Of a DNA stretch of 64,000 bases, positions 43,196-55,800 are shown in pieces. Made by a program: the position numbers and the translations under genes. The stretch is taken from positions 5,580,001 through 5,644,000 of the forward strand of contig OZ176051.1 of the NCBI GenBank assembly GCA_964247055.1. The letters are read 5' to 3'. The notes below the pieces were generated by a model. The model was not told the DNA's origin, searched no databases, and was given only the letters and a program-made list of their open reading frames with translations. Origin of the DNA: Paragordius varius (taxonomy: Eukaryota; Animalia; Nematomorpha). Within the stretch, counting starts at the first letter, position 1, and every line of letters begins with the position of its first letter.

Positions 43196-45089
43196 CATTT
43201 CCTGACTTTTTAAATGCGTTGAAAGTATCCAAATCTCAGTTAAATACCCCTATAAAGATGCAGTAGAATCAAACAGATATTAAATATAAATGTGTTTAGA
43301 TATCAAAAAGAATGTTAACTCATTTTAATAATGTTATGCGGTCTCTTCATAAGACATAATTTTGGAAAGGTAGAAGGGCAAGGAATACAATGCAAATCAA
43401 AGCTGAGGAGATTATACATGAAAGAGAAAACTAAAATGACATTGAATTAGAAATCTAACGGTAAAAACGATAAAAAATATAAATCAATAGTTCACACTAT
43501 ATTGAAAAAGTCGTTAAGCATCAAGTTATAAGCGAATACCATTGGAATTATTTGAAGTAATGAATAAATTAAGTACCGGAATAGTTAGGGAAAATTTGAT
43601 ATTTATATTTGTTTAGACTTATGTTTTTATTTGTACCAGTATTTTTTCGGCTTCGGAAAAAAATATTTTAGCCACCCGATTCATATAAGCGACCGACAGG
43701 GTAGATCTAGTACTATATTCATTTATGAATTGACTTCAAAACAAATGATGAGGAATATGTAGCTATACTTTTTCATTTGTTGATTAATTATTGTGGTTAA
43801 TATGTAGGGAAAGAAACATTACAATGGTTTTTAATGGCGTATTTAATATAGTGGAAATTTAATTTTTAACGTTTTTGGTGGTTGACTAAATTTCACTTTT
43901 TGTATGGATAAAATATTTAATTATGATGTATATCTTGTTTGCCTTGGTTATATCATGCAGGCTAAAGTGAAAACTTGTAACAGTATTTTTAATAATGTTA
44001 TTAAATTAAAATAAATAGAGGGCGTGTTCATTTATATAAATAATGAACAGTGTATTAATGTTAATTACTTCTTATATGTTTAATTTGCATTAGCAATTTT
44101 TTAGAGTTGATGATGATTTTTTATGCTTTGTGAAATTGACATATACAGATAATAGGATTTTGTTGGTTCTGTATGATTTCAATACACTATGATTAAAATA
44201 CATTGCTAGTTTTTGTATTAAATATTGTCAGATATCATTTACAGTAAACAACAATTTTTCCTTTAAAATTTGAATATATTACAGAAGTATTAAATGAATA
44301 TATATATTTTAATAATAACGTAATTTTGCCATTAAAATTTAGATTACAATAGACTCAGCCAAGGGTGGTTAAAAATTATGACACTCCTGTAGCCCCCAAT
44401 AATCAAATTTATTATCAAGTAGATTTACTATATAATACATGGAATTACTCCTGAACTAAAAATAACTTTAACTAATAGTAACCAATGCACCATAAACATT
44501 CTAATATATTGCTCTATCAGAGTTTATATTTTATCTGGATTTTCAACCCCAATTTTGTGCACTGTGTATTTGTTTTATCAGTAAGGTATACCACGTTTTT
44601 GTGGATTTAAGGTAATGAGATAACAGAAAATCAAAAATTGGAAGTCAGAAGAAACATGTTCATCATATACACATAAATTATGGGAAAAATTATATCGAAT
44701 TTATAACTCTCCTTTTTGCAAATAACAGAAAAAAAAATACATTTAATCATTAAGTCTGACCGTTGGAAAGGATTATATATAATTTTTATTTTCTCATATA
44801 TCGCGTGTAATATACCGATGGACTTTTAAACTTTTGTTATCTTAATTTATAACACATAAAACACCATATAAACTCTCAAAATGTTCATAAAACTTAAAAG
44901 TAAGAATCTTTATTAAGTGCTATGAAACCATTTCACATTAACTATGTCAACAAGTTTAACGAATATTTTGCCTTTCTCGTGTCAAGACGGTCATTAATCA
45001 TAAAATGGTGCTGGCGAAGAGTCATTTTTATCGAAAATCCAATTTATCTAGGGCGGATGACAATTATTTTTTATTTTGTATGAAATACA
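43196..45089 (+). pseudogene. Probable decayed spliced gene within the triplicated unit (paralogous copies at ~38788-40681 and ~47579-49454)
   Basis: Intron-like segment with conserved GTAATTTTG...AATAG ends and indel-variable interior in all three copies; residual frames DNIYSKEQFFPLKFEYITDVLNEYIYFNNN and TQPRVVKNYDTPVAPNNQIYYQVDLLYNTWNYS*; each copy has stops or frameshifts. Confidence 0.4.
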
Positions 45090-45390
45090 CCATGCTCAGT
45101 TGAATGTATAAAAAATTAACTATGAAGGTATTTACAGGAAAACATTTAAGGTTTTTAATAAAATTAGGCTGTTGCGACGGCATAGAGCGATTTTTGTGCA
45201 ATATCCCAATTATGCCCCATATTTTAACGAGCACTTTCTTAGATTAGTCATTTAACATTTCCTATTATTGCACGTGTGGGAGCCAAATTTTTTAAAATGA
45301 GTCAATATTATCCCAGCCCTAAAATAAGGTTTTATGGTAGAAAATCGAGTGTTCTAATAAAGAGTTATTAAACTAGTTATGGCCATTTAC

Positions 45391-47577
45391 TAATGTGACC
45401 AGATATTTTAAACTTTGACGCAGTACAAAATTAAAACATACTTTGCCTGTTTTTACGCCATCGGTGTGGTATATTACACAGTTAAAAAAAATCATGATGA
45501 AATATATATGCTCTGATAGGAAAATATCAGGGTTATCATGGGGCTTTTGCTTTTAATCTTCACGAGTTATTGAAGTAATTTATTTACACTTTTGTGGTAG
45601 GTGCTCCGCATAAAATTGCAAAAGGTGTGCAATTTTTTTATTATATTTTTTGGTGAAAGCTAAATGCTTTATTACAAAACATATCACTAAAATATAACAT
45701 AAACTCAATATAAAAAGTATAACAATATTTTAAAAATTTTAAATCCCTAATTTTTTGGATCTTTTAAAATAGACTGTTCACTTAAACGCAAAAATTCCGA
45801 CATTGTGCAATAATTTATATGCTACATATTGATATCGACTAAATATATTTTAATAAAAATCCATACTTTTAAAATTTAATATTTAGCAAAATTTTGTTGA
45901 ACCGTACTGACTATTTTCATGATACCACTTATATATACCATTTGCACTTCAAGAGTGTCCTTGAACACTTCAAGTTGGTCCTTGAACAATTCAAGTTGGT
46001 CCTTGAACACTTCAAGTTGGTCCTTGAACATTTTAAGTTGGTCCTTGAAATTTCAAGTTGGCTTTGAACATTTCAAGTTGGTCCTTGAACACTTCAAGTT
46101 GGTCCTTAAAATTTATAAATTTTGATTTAACCATAATTTTTGCAATTATTTTTTTATATTATTATTTATTAACCTAATTTTCTTTATTTATTATATATAT
46201 ATGCATTTAAAAATAAAAAATTTTATTTAAAAACCACTTTTTTATTTCGAACTATTTTTTTTTCTATTTAACAAATTTATTGACTTTTAAATGTTTTAAA
46301 TGAAAAATTAATAACCCGGAAAACTATATTTTTTCATTTCGTGTTAAAATCCTATAAATATCCAAAATTATTTTATGAAATTAATAAAGAAGATATACGG
46401 TTTCTCAAAGACTAAGAGTTGATATCGATTTAAAATTTATGTCAAATAATGGAAAATAGGTTAAAAACGATAAAATAGATGAATAATACACGATTTGACT
46501 GATAAAAGTTAAAAACAAAACAAAAAAGTCAAAGGACCAACTTGAAGTGTTCAAGGACCAACTTGTACTGTTCAAGGATTAACTTGAATTGTTCAAGGAC
46601 CTTGAATTGTTCAAGGACCAACTTGAAGTGCAAATGGTATATATAATTCGATAATGCTAAACATTTTTTAACTCAAAATTTTGTTTAAAATATTCGTTCG
46701 TTTATAAATTTATTTTAAATCTCCAAAACTTCCAAGCAAACAAACCTTTAAATTAAAATTCCCAACCTATGGTAATGTTCAACATTATCGAAATATAAAA
46801 GGGTTTTATTATATCTTAAAGCGTTATACCGTTTCCATCATGCTTCAAAATAGTTTGAAGTACGCTTCAACAAAATATCTAAAATTTATATATGGAAAAA
46901 ATAAAAAACTATAAAAATTTAAATTAAGGAAAAAATTAAGAAATATCATACATCCTACCTAATGAGTGTAGAAAACGTAAAAAACTCTTAATTTTTTTTA
47001 CGAAAAAAGGTTATTTCGAAATCATATGCCATACATAATAAATTTCAAATGTTACGGGAATACAATTTTATATATAATTTTTCGTTTGATAATTATAACA
47101 AAAAATGAACTTTCTAAACTCTACAATACATTATGAAAATATCATAAATTATTTTGTTAATTTTAATTTCGAGGCACCCCTTTTTGCGGATGCCCTGGGT
47201 GAAAGAGCCATTAGCCTAAATCTTACGGTGTGGACTCCGAGATTTATAGTTTTGCCACTGTGTGAAAGGCTGCAATCTTAAGTTTTATGTATAAGAGCAA
47301 AAAATAAAATATTAACCAATAAAATAGGCCAATCTTGGTTTTTACCGCAAAACGAACCATTTCTTAACAGATTATAGGGTTATATTTAAAGAGGGTATTA
47401 TATTAAATACTAAAATAATATTTTTGAATAAATAAAAGGTAATTAATATATATATTTATAAAAAATTAAATTTTTTTCATTTTTAAAAAGCAGTACAAAA
47501 GTAGGCGCAGTACAGGCCCAGTTTTTTTCTGAAAACCCAGTACTGTACTGCGATAAACAGCCTATCTGATCACATTA
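45391..47577. mobile_element. Non-autonomous hAT element (copy 2)
   Basis: TIR TAATGTGACCAGAT / ATCTGATCACATTA; flanks CCATTTAC and ACATTTAC (7/8 match). Confidence 0.85.
45934..46641. mobile_element. MITE subfamily 2 (copy in the duplicated hAT)
   Basis: Same TIRs and 21-mer arrays as 41525-42255, at the same position within the hAT. Confidence 0.85.
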
Positions 47578-49685
47578 ACATTTACTGACTTTTTAAATGC
47601 GTTGAAAGTATCCAAATCCTAGTTAAATACCCCTATAAAGATGCAGTAGAATCAAACAGATATTAAATATAAATGTGTTTAAATATCATTTATAAAAGAA
47701 TGTTAACTCATTTTAATAATGTTATGCGGTCTCTTCAAAAGACATAATTTTAAAAAGGTAAAAGGGCAAGGAACACAATGCAAACCAAAGCTAAGGAGAT
47801 TATACATGAAAGAGAAAACTAAAATGACATTGAATTAGAAATCTAACGGTAAAAACGATAAAAAAATATAAATCAATAGTTCACACTATATTGAAAAAGT
47901 CGTTAAGCATCAAGTTATAAGCGAATACCATTGGTTATAAATTAATTGAAGTATTGAATAAATCAAGTACCGGTATAGTTAGGGAATATTTGATATTAAT
48001 ATTAGTTTTGACTTTACTTTTCAATTGTACTATTTTATCCACCCGATTCATATAAGCGGCCCGCAGGGTAGATCTAGATATTAATTTATTAATTGACTTA
48101 AAAACAAATGATAAGGAATATGTAGCTATACTTTTTCATTTGTTGATTAATTATTGTGGTTAATATGTATGGAAAGAAACATTAAAATGGTTTTTAATGG
48201 CATATTTAATATAGTGGAAATTTAAATAGTAACGTTTTTGGTGGTTGACTAAATTTTACTTTTTGTATGGATAAAATATTTAATTATGATGTATATCTTG
48301 TTTGCCTTGGTTATATCATGCAGGCTAAAGCGAAAACTTATAACAGTATTTTTAATAGTGGTATTCATTTAAAATAAATAGAGGGCGTGTTCATTTCCAC
48401 ATAAAATTACTACCCTGTAAAATTGTTAATTGCTTCTTATATGTTTGATTTCCATTAGCAATTTTTTAGAGTTGATGATGATTTTTTATGCTTTATAAAA
48501 TTGACATATAGAGATAATAGGATTTTGTTGGTTCTGTATGATTTCAATACAGTATGATTAAAATACATTGCTAGTTTTGATTTAAATACTGTCAGATAAC
48601 ATTTACAGTAAAGAACAATTTTTTCCTTTAAAATTTGAATATATCACAGATGTATTAAATGAATATATATATTTTAATAATAACGTAATTTTGCCTATAT
48701 TAAAATTTAAATTGGAATAGACTCAGCCAAGCGGGGTTTAAAAATATTACACTCCTGTAGCCCCCAAAATCAAATTTATTATCAAGTAGATTTACTTCAT
48801 AATACATGGAGTTACTCCTGAACTAAAAATAACTTTAAAATAGTAAGCCCCAAAATCTAAAGCACCATAAGCATTCTAATACATTGCTCTATCAGAGTTT
48901 ATATTTTATCGGGATTTTCACCACCGATTTTGTGCACTGTGTATTTATTTCATCACTATAGTATAGTCTATGTTTTTTGGATTTAAGATAATGAGATAAC
49001 ACAAATTAAAAAGCAAAAGAATGAAAATTTATCTTTTACACATAAATTACAAAAAAATTTATATCGAATTTTTAACTCTTATTTTTCCATGTAACATAAA
49101 AAAATTACATAAAATTTTAAACATGACTGTTGGAAAGGATCAATTTTTATTTTCTCATATATCGCATGTAATATACCGACCGACTTTTAAATTGTTATCT
49201 TAATATATAACACATAAAACACCATATAAACTCTCAAAATCTTCATAAAACCTAAAAGTAAGAATCTTTATTTAGTGCTATGAAACCATTTCACATTAAC
49301 TATTTCAACAAGTTTAACGAAAATTTTGCCTTTCTCGTGTCAAGGCGGTCATTAATCATAAAATGGTGATGGCGAAGAGTCATTTTTATCGAAAATTCAA
49401 TTTATCTAGGGCGGATGACATTTATTTTTTATTTTTTTATTTCGTATGAAATACAATTATAAATAGGTCAATGTATTTATTTTATCACCGCTATCTATCT
49501 GCCTATACTCACATATAGTAATAGTCAAAAATATTTTTTTAATTTTATCATTATTATTTTCATAAGTTTTAAATAAAGATGTAATTTTGCCTTAGCTAAA
49601 AGCATATTAAAGATTAAAACAAACTTTTTTTAGCAGCATATTCTTATAACGTTTCAGAGAAAATATTTTTTAAAAGTGTATTACA

Positions 49686-51151
49686 ATGGAAAAAACTACA
49701 ATCCTCTTTATACTAATAAATTCATTTGGTGTATATGCATGGCCTAGAGGTGCTCCCCTTGAAGCCTGTGATACTCAAACGCCAAGCCAAGAAAAACATG
49801 GTCCATCTTTGGTGAATTCCGATTTACCACCACCGTATCAAATTATTCCTTCACAGGATAGCATTCAGGATGGAGATATAGTGACTGGTAAGGTGACTTT
49901 TTTTAAATATTTTTCTTACACCCGTTATTTTTTTCTGCATCTTTCTTATTTGAATTTTATGTTATTATTATAACCAAATTAGTATATGCAAAAAGTCGTA
50001 TGCGATGTATTATAAAAAATGGATTTTCCATATATATTTTCTGTATTTCATCATATGTATTAATTTCATTCCTATGTTTAGTCCAGATTGTAGGGGGAGA
50101 CTACAAAGGCTTTCTCCTACAAGCCCGATCCATGTTTACTGACCAAAGGGTAGGAGAGTTCGTGAACCCTCCTAGAGGAACCAAACTTTTAAATTGTTCA
50201 CAAGCTAATGCAATTACACATGACGGTAATCGAACCTCTCTACAGGGTCTTACATATACTTGGATATCGCCTGGGATGGATGTTGGCACCGTGAACTTTT
50301 AGTAATTATCCTTTCATTTTTATCAAGATGACTTAACAAAAAAAATATGGTAGATTAAATTAATTATGTTATAAAACACATATTTTATAACTAATGTAAA
50401 AATTTTATGTATTTTTATTAGTTCAATCGCAATTATAAATCTAATATTATAACTGGAAACTGCGCGCTTACAACTGTCAACTTGGGCAGACGAGTGTCTA
50501 AACTTGTCCTTTATACATTTCAGTTTTAATTGAATATTAAGAGTATTATTTTCCAATCTATTTATAAACTGTTGTATAAGTAGGGTTGGCAATAACCGCG
50601 TAGGAAAGAATTCCGTAGCTGTGACTACTAAAAAATAACCAATTAGATTGGTTTTACATATGTCTTTATGATATACAATTAACATAGTATAATGGACAAA
50701 AAAACTACAATAGAAAACTTTTCTTTATTTGTTATTAGATTATGTTATAAAGACAAAGCAATTTTACTGTAACATAGTGCTTATATTTCTAAAAAAGGTT
50801 TTTTTCCAAAAATATTTTTTAATTTTAGGAGCAATTTTAAACACGTTACCTCAATACTTAAATATTTGGACCTATAATTTTAACACTATCTAATAGCTCT
50901 AACCAAAAATGAGGTGTGAAATTTATTTAATCAAATAGTAGTCAAGTGGATTATAATCATTGCGTCCCTATTCTTATAATGACAAGAGAATTAAAATATA
51001 TTATCTTTTGTATTTACTTTTTATTCAACAAATTCTATTAATTTAAAATTCTTACGATCATATTAATATTTATATGAATATTAGCGCTACAGTGGTTAAA
51101 GAAAAAAAATTATATTGGGTCGGAATAAAATCTATGCCATTAGCCCCGTAA
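49686..51151 (+). CDS. Secreted stand-alone Reeler-domain protein (~160 aa; exons 49686-49887, 50082-50301, 51085-51151)
   Basis: Signal peptide MEKTTILFILINSFGVYA, then WPRGAPLEACDTQTP, YKGFLLQAR, CSQANAITH, TYTWISP, VNFYATVVK...YW, which are typical Reeler/defense-protein motifs; splice phases are consistent. Confidence 0.88.
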
Positions 51152-51320
51152 TTCGTTTCACTGTCCCAAGTCTACGCACAATTATATAAATATTTAAATT
51201 AGTTAATTTATTGCAACATGTAAGGCAAAATGTATAATTTTTTTACAAATATGCATGCAAAGTGCAGAATAAATATAGTGTCTGAAATATTGCAAAATAA
51301 ATTATTTGTTTTTCAATCAT

Positions 51321-52828
51321 TCAATCAACAGTTACGATTCGTATTGTATTTGTGTGTCCGGGACCTTCGCGCCAACCCGTAGCTAAAATAATGGTATCTC
51401 CCTTATTAACTAATTTAGTTAGTTTGCCAGAATCTATCCCAAGTTTTACCCGCTGATCTACATCAGCCAACCAATCCGGTAAAGGTTGACCTAATGCAAA
51501 TATAAATAATTTGCACGAAATATAAAAACTCAATAATTTAAGGCAAAACATATCACTCTTTATCGGTGTGTAAACTTTATTTTTGTTTATCGGAATCCTT
51601 TTTTAAAAACTAACCGCACCGGTTACAATATTCCTTATTAATTCTATTATCATGCGAAGTTGACCGTTTATATCCCCTAGATTTGTTGAAAACATCCAAA
51701 AGCCAGATTAATTTTAATATCCCTTTTTGGTATGAATTGGGTAGAAAGCGCCTTTTTGATTTACTAATGTGTTACCGCTCAAAAAAATTAACGGAAAAGC
51801 GGCTTTAAAGTGTAAAAAATATAACGCATTATAGATATTAAATATTGACCAGTTTATTTAATATGGACATGTTCTTTAAAGAAGAAAATTGTGTTAAAAT
51901 GATTTATTCATTAGCATTATGTGAAATAGTCAATAATACGAGGTTAGTTTTTTCCTTCTATACAATGTTAAAAAAAATAAAAAACTTGTTGATTCACATA
52001 AAGATCTGAAAGAGGCTGATTAAAAAATATAAAAGTGTGCTAAAGTTAATACTTACTGTCACAAAATACTGATCTCACTCCTCTGTAAACATGCAATTGA
52101 GCACAAATTTTCCAAGATCTTGACACAGCAACTATCATGCATTTGGGTCGATATTTGGATATAAGTGTAGCCGTTCTAAAAAAATATGATAAATTTTCAA
52201 ATCAATTCGTTTTACAAATTGATGATAATTAATTTGTAAACAATAAATCTAGCAATTAATGTAATATGATTTGGCATTTGACGAATAAATATATTTAAGA
52301 ATTATTCTCCTCTATAAATTAAATTAATTCGACTGTTTACCAGTCACTAAGAGTTAATATATATCTAACTATCCAACAGCGCTCCATATGGACTCAGGAT
52401 TTTATTCAATTAAAAAAGCGCACAATAAAAGTTTATACAAAATATTTGATATCTCTATTACTTTCCAGTTTGGGTTAGAGTTATAATTGCTTTGGCATTG
52501 CATTTGATAGAGGCTTCAACGGCCGATATAGCGATGGCTTCAGTGGGATCCACAGCAGAAGGCAAAATATCCAATAAATTTTGTAGGATATGCTTATGAC
52601 ACAGTGTTGATTCCGCCTCCAAACTAATCTACTTATTGTGCAACAATAGATAATGTAATTTCTCATTTTTTGTAAGAATAAATAAGATAATTTTAACTGT
52701 AAGAATAATTAATCACAAATTTTACTATAATTTAATTAATTTTTAAATTAAATTAAATCAAATGATATCGATGGTCTTAAATCCATAGTGTTGTGAACAA
52801 AAAAATATTGCATTTTAGGTATGTTTGT

Positions 52829-52874
<46 letters not shown>

Positions 52875-55800
52875 TTTTTAAGATTTGCGTGATTATTTAA
52901 TATTTTCCATTAATAGCATATATATTAAATAATAAATGGGCAAAACTATTAATGAATAATTGTTTTGAAAAATTAAATCCTAATTTTAAATATTTTAATT
53001 CTTTAACTTTTGACATAATTTGTATCGCTCCAACTGGATATTTTCCTTTAGCTGTTTCCCCGCTCAACATGGTACAATCTGCACCATCAACAACTGCATT
53101 ACCTACATCGCTAACTTCCGCTCGGGTAGGTCGCGGGTTAATGAGCATGCTTTCTAACATCTATTACGTGTAGCAAGCATTTTAAAAATATTTTATATGA
53201 GAAATTTTTATTTTTAACTATTTTAACATATGATGAGATACAATTACTTGAGTAGCGCATATACAGGCCTTACCAGCAACATTGCATCGTGCAATAATCA
53301 TTTTTTGAGCTAAAAACACCTTTTCAGGTTCAATTTCAATGCCCATATCGCCTCTGGCCACCATTACCCCATCCGATTCGTTTATGATTTCATTGATGCT
53401 TGAACAAAATAAATTTAGTTTACATTTAATTAAATTTAGTTTTTAGCGTTTAACTTTGCAAAATCAATTACTTTTTGAGGCCTTGATACGACTCCACTTT
53501 AGCAATGACTAGAGTACTTTTACCATCATCGCCTAGTGCCTTTCTAACTTCCTTTACGCCGGCTGCATCACGCATAAATGATGCAAAGATTATGTCAACC
53601 TTCGAATATAAAATAATAAAATTATAATACCGCCTGAAAATTATTTACCATAATACTTTAAAACAATATTTATCTTAAAATATCAAACCGTTTAAGGGCA
53701 CTTTATTAAGAATTATATTATTGCTACAATATAAATTATTGTTGTGTTCCTGACTTTCCAGATATTTAATAAAGATCTTACTTAAAACTAAAATGCGCTT
53801 ACATTATTTGCTACGCCAAATCTAATGTCATTGTAATCCTTTTCAGAAATGGCCGGTAAATCCACAAACACACCTGGTAAATTAATACCCTTAAAGCTAC
53901 CAATTTTACCACCATTTTCTATCTGGCAATCCAGGAAATCGTTGCCTACAAAAAGAATTATAGTGAGAGAACATGATTAAATCAATATATATTTTTTTAC
54001 ATTTTTAATAAGGCAATCAATACCTTTGCTTTTGACTATAGCAGAAATTATTCCATCGTCAATGTAAATTTTATTGCCAACCGATAAAGATTCCACGAGT
54101 TTCGGATAATCAACATAAAGGATGTTGGCATTTCCAGCTTTAGCATAATGCTTATCAATGGTAAGTCTCAAAATTTTGCCCTCGACCAGTGTTATTTCTT
54201 GAATGTTTGGCTTTAAACGTGTTGAAAATATAAACGATTAGTTAGTATAAATTAAGGATGAGTTTTCTCCTCTAAAGAAAGATTTTTTCATTTTAAATAT
54301 CTAAAATGTTTCAATTATAAAAAAAGAAATCAACACACGACTTTTAAATAAATTGAATATTAGCCAGCATTTTAAATTTTGGCTTATTATACCAATCACC
54401 GTATTATCATATGGATCTAATTTTAAATATTACATCTGTATTTTATTTGGGGTATCTGAAAAAATTATAATCAATTTTTTGTTTGTATAATGTTTAATAT
54501 ATAAAAAATTATTTGCAATAAAAGTAAAATTGAATTATTAAATTAACTCATACCTCAAGAATACCAGTTCTAATCTTTGGCCCTTTGATGTCTAACGCTA
54601 TTGCGACCGGTACTTTGGGTTTAAATGTGTCAATTGCAGCTCTAATATTGTTGATGGTACCTTTGTGATACTATTACGTATAGATATATGTTATATCTTG
54701 TAAATTATTAATCCATTATTTAATTATTGGCAAAACTAGTTGATAAAATTAAATATTAATATAAGTAATCTAATTTTAGATCACGTTTAACATCGGCCCA
54801 CTTAAAGGTAAGCGTGTCCAACACAAATAGCTTCGCGGACGGCATTTTCAACTCTAAAAAACTGGTAGACCGCATTCGAAATATATATATATGGGTATTT
54901 ATTAATTTGATTTCAAACAAAGACTAAAATGTAGAAACACAAGATAGCAATTTTTTCTAGTTCCTACCAATCGGATAGATTAATATAGAAAAATGGTTTG
55001 GGTGATATTGATTTTGTTAAAATTTTGCCAGCATATTTTTGAAAATTATCAAGTTACAAATTTTTCAAGGGCCGCCGCATGTAAAGTCTCGGAGGGCCGC
55101 GTGTCTGACACACTTTTGCTCTAAACATTTGAATTTCCGTAGACTGTCCACAAAAAAATGAAAAAAGACCCCAAAACGGATTTGTTACTACTGCTCAAGG
55201 CCCATATAATCACCATTATTTTATATTTAATTTAGCAGTGATTTATTTTAAATGCGTTTGTGGCCCTTAGCCAAATTATAAAATTTATAAAAAAACAATT
55301 TTTCCTAAAGCCCATTAATCTGTAAGTGTAACCATTACTTTTTATACCTCCCCCCCCCTTCCCCGAATCAAAAAACTATATTTTTGCATACAGGCTACCC
55401 CCATTTTTCACATTGTTTTAAATTTTATTAGGTATGTTTTGAATATCTTAGATAAAAGTAGCATATCTCTCAAATTTTACCGTTAATATGTCAATACTTT
55501 TTAGCAATTTATATAATTAAGCCAATGTAAATATGAAAGTGAAAAAACCAAATTAACAAAAAACTATGGAAAACTGGACCAAAAAAATCAAAAAAAAATC
55601 TAGAATCGAAACCTACAAAAAAAAACAGATTGAGTGTTACATATTTCTTAGCAACCCTAATTCTTGCCAAATATTATGATGGTGTTCGATAGATTTGAAT
55701 ATAATGGTAACTTTAATAAAACAAATGAGTTTCTAGTTTAAAGGTTTTAAAAAAATTATTCCGACAGATTCTCTGTGCAAATTATCATTAATATCCCTCA

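Larger units (their letters stand above)
38515..49454 (+). repeat. Tandem triplication of a ~2.2 kb unit (units ~38515-40717, ~40718-45125, ~45126-49454); units 2 and 3 carry a 2.2 kb hAT insertion
   Basis: Shared anchors recur at 38788/43196/47579 (CATTTACTGACTTTT) and 38515/40718/45126 (AGGTATTTACA.GAAAACATTTAAGG). Confidence 0.92.

Noticed and set aside
50440-50640. GC-richer patch and 120-aa antisense ORF in Reeler intron 2
   Set aside because: No recognisable domain; the YGILSY remnant may be LINE-derived but is too weak to call.
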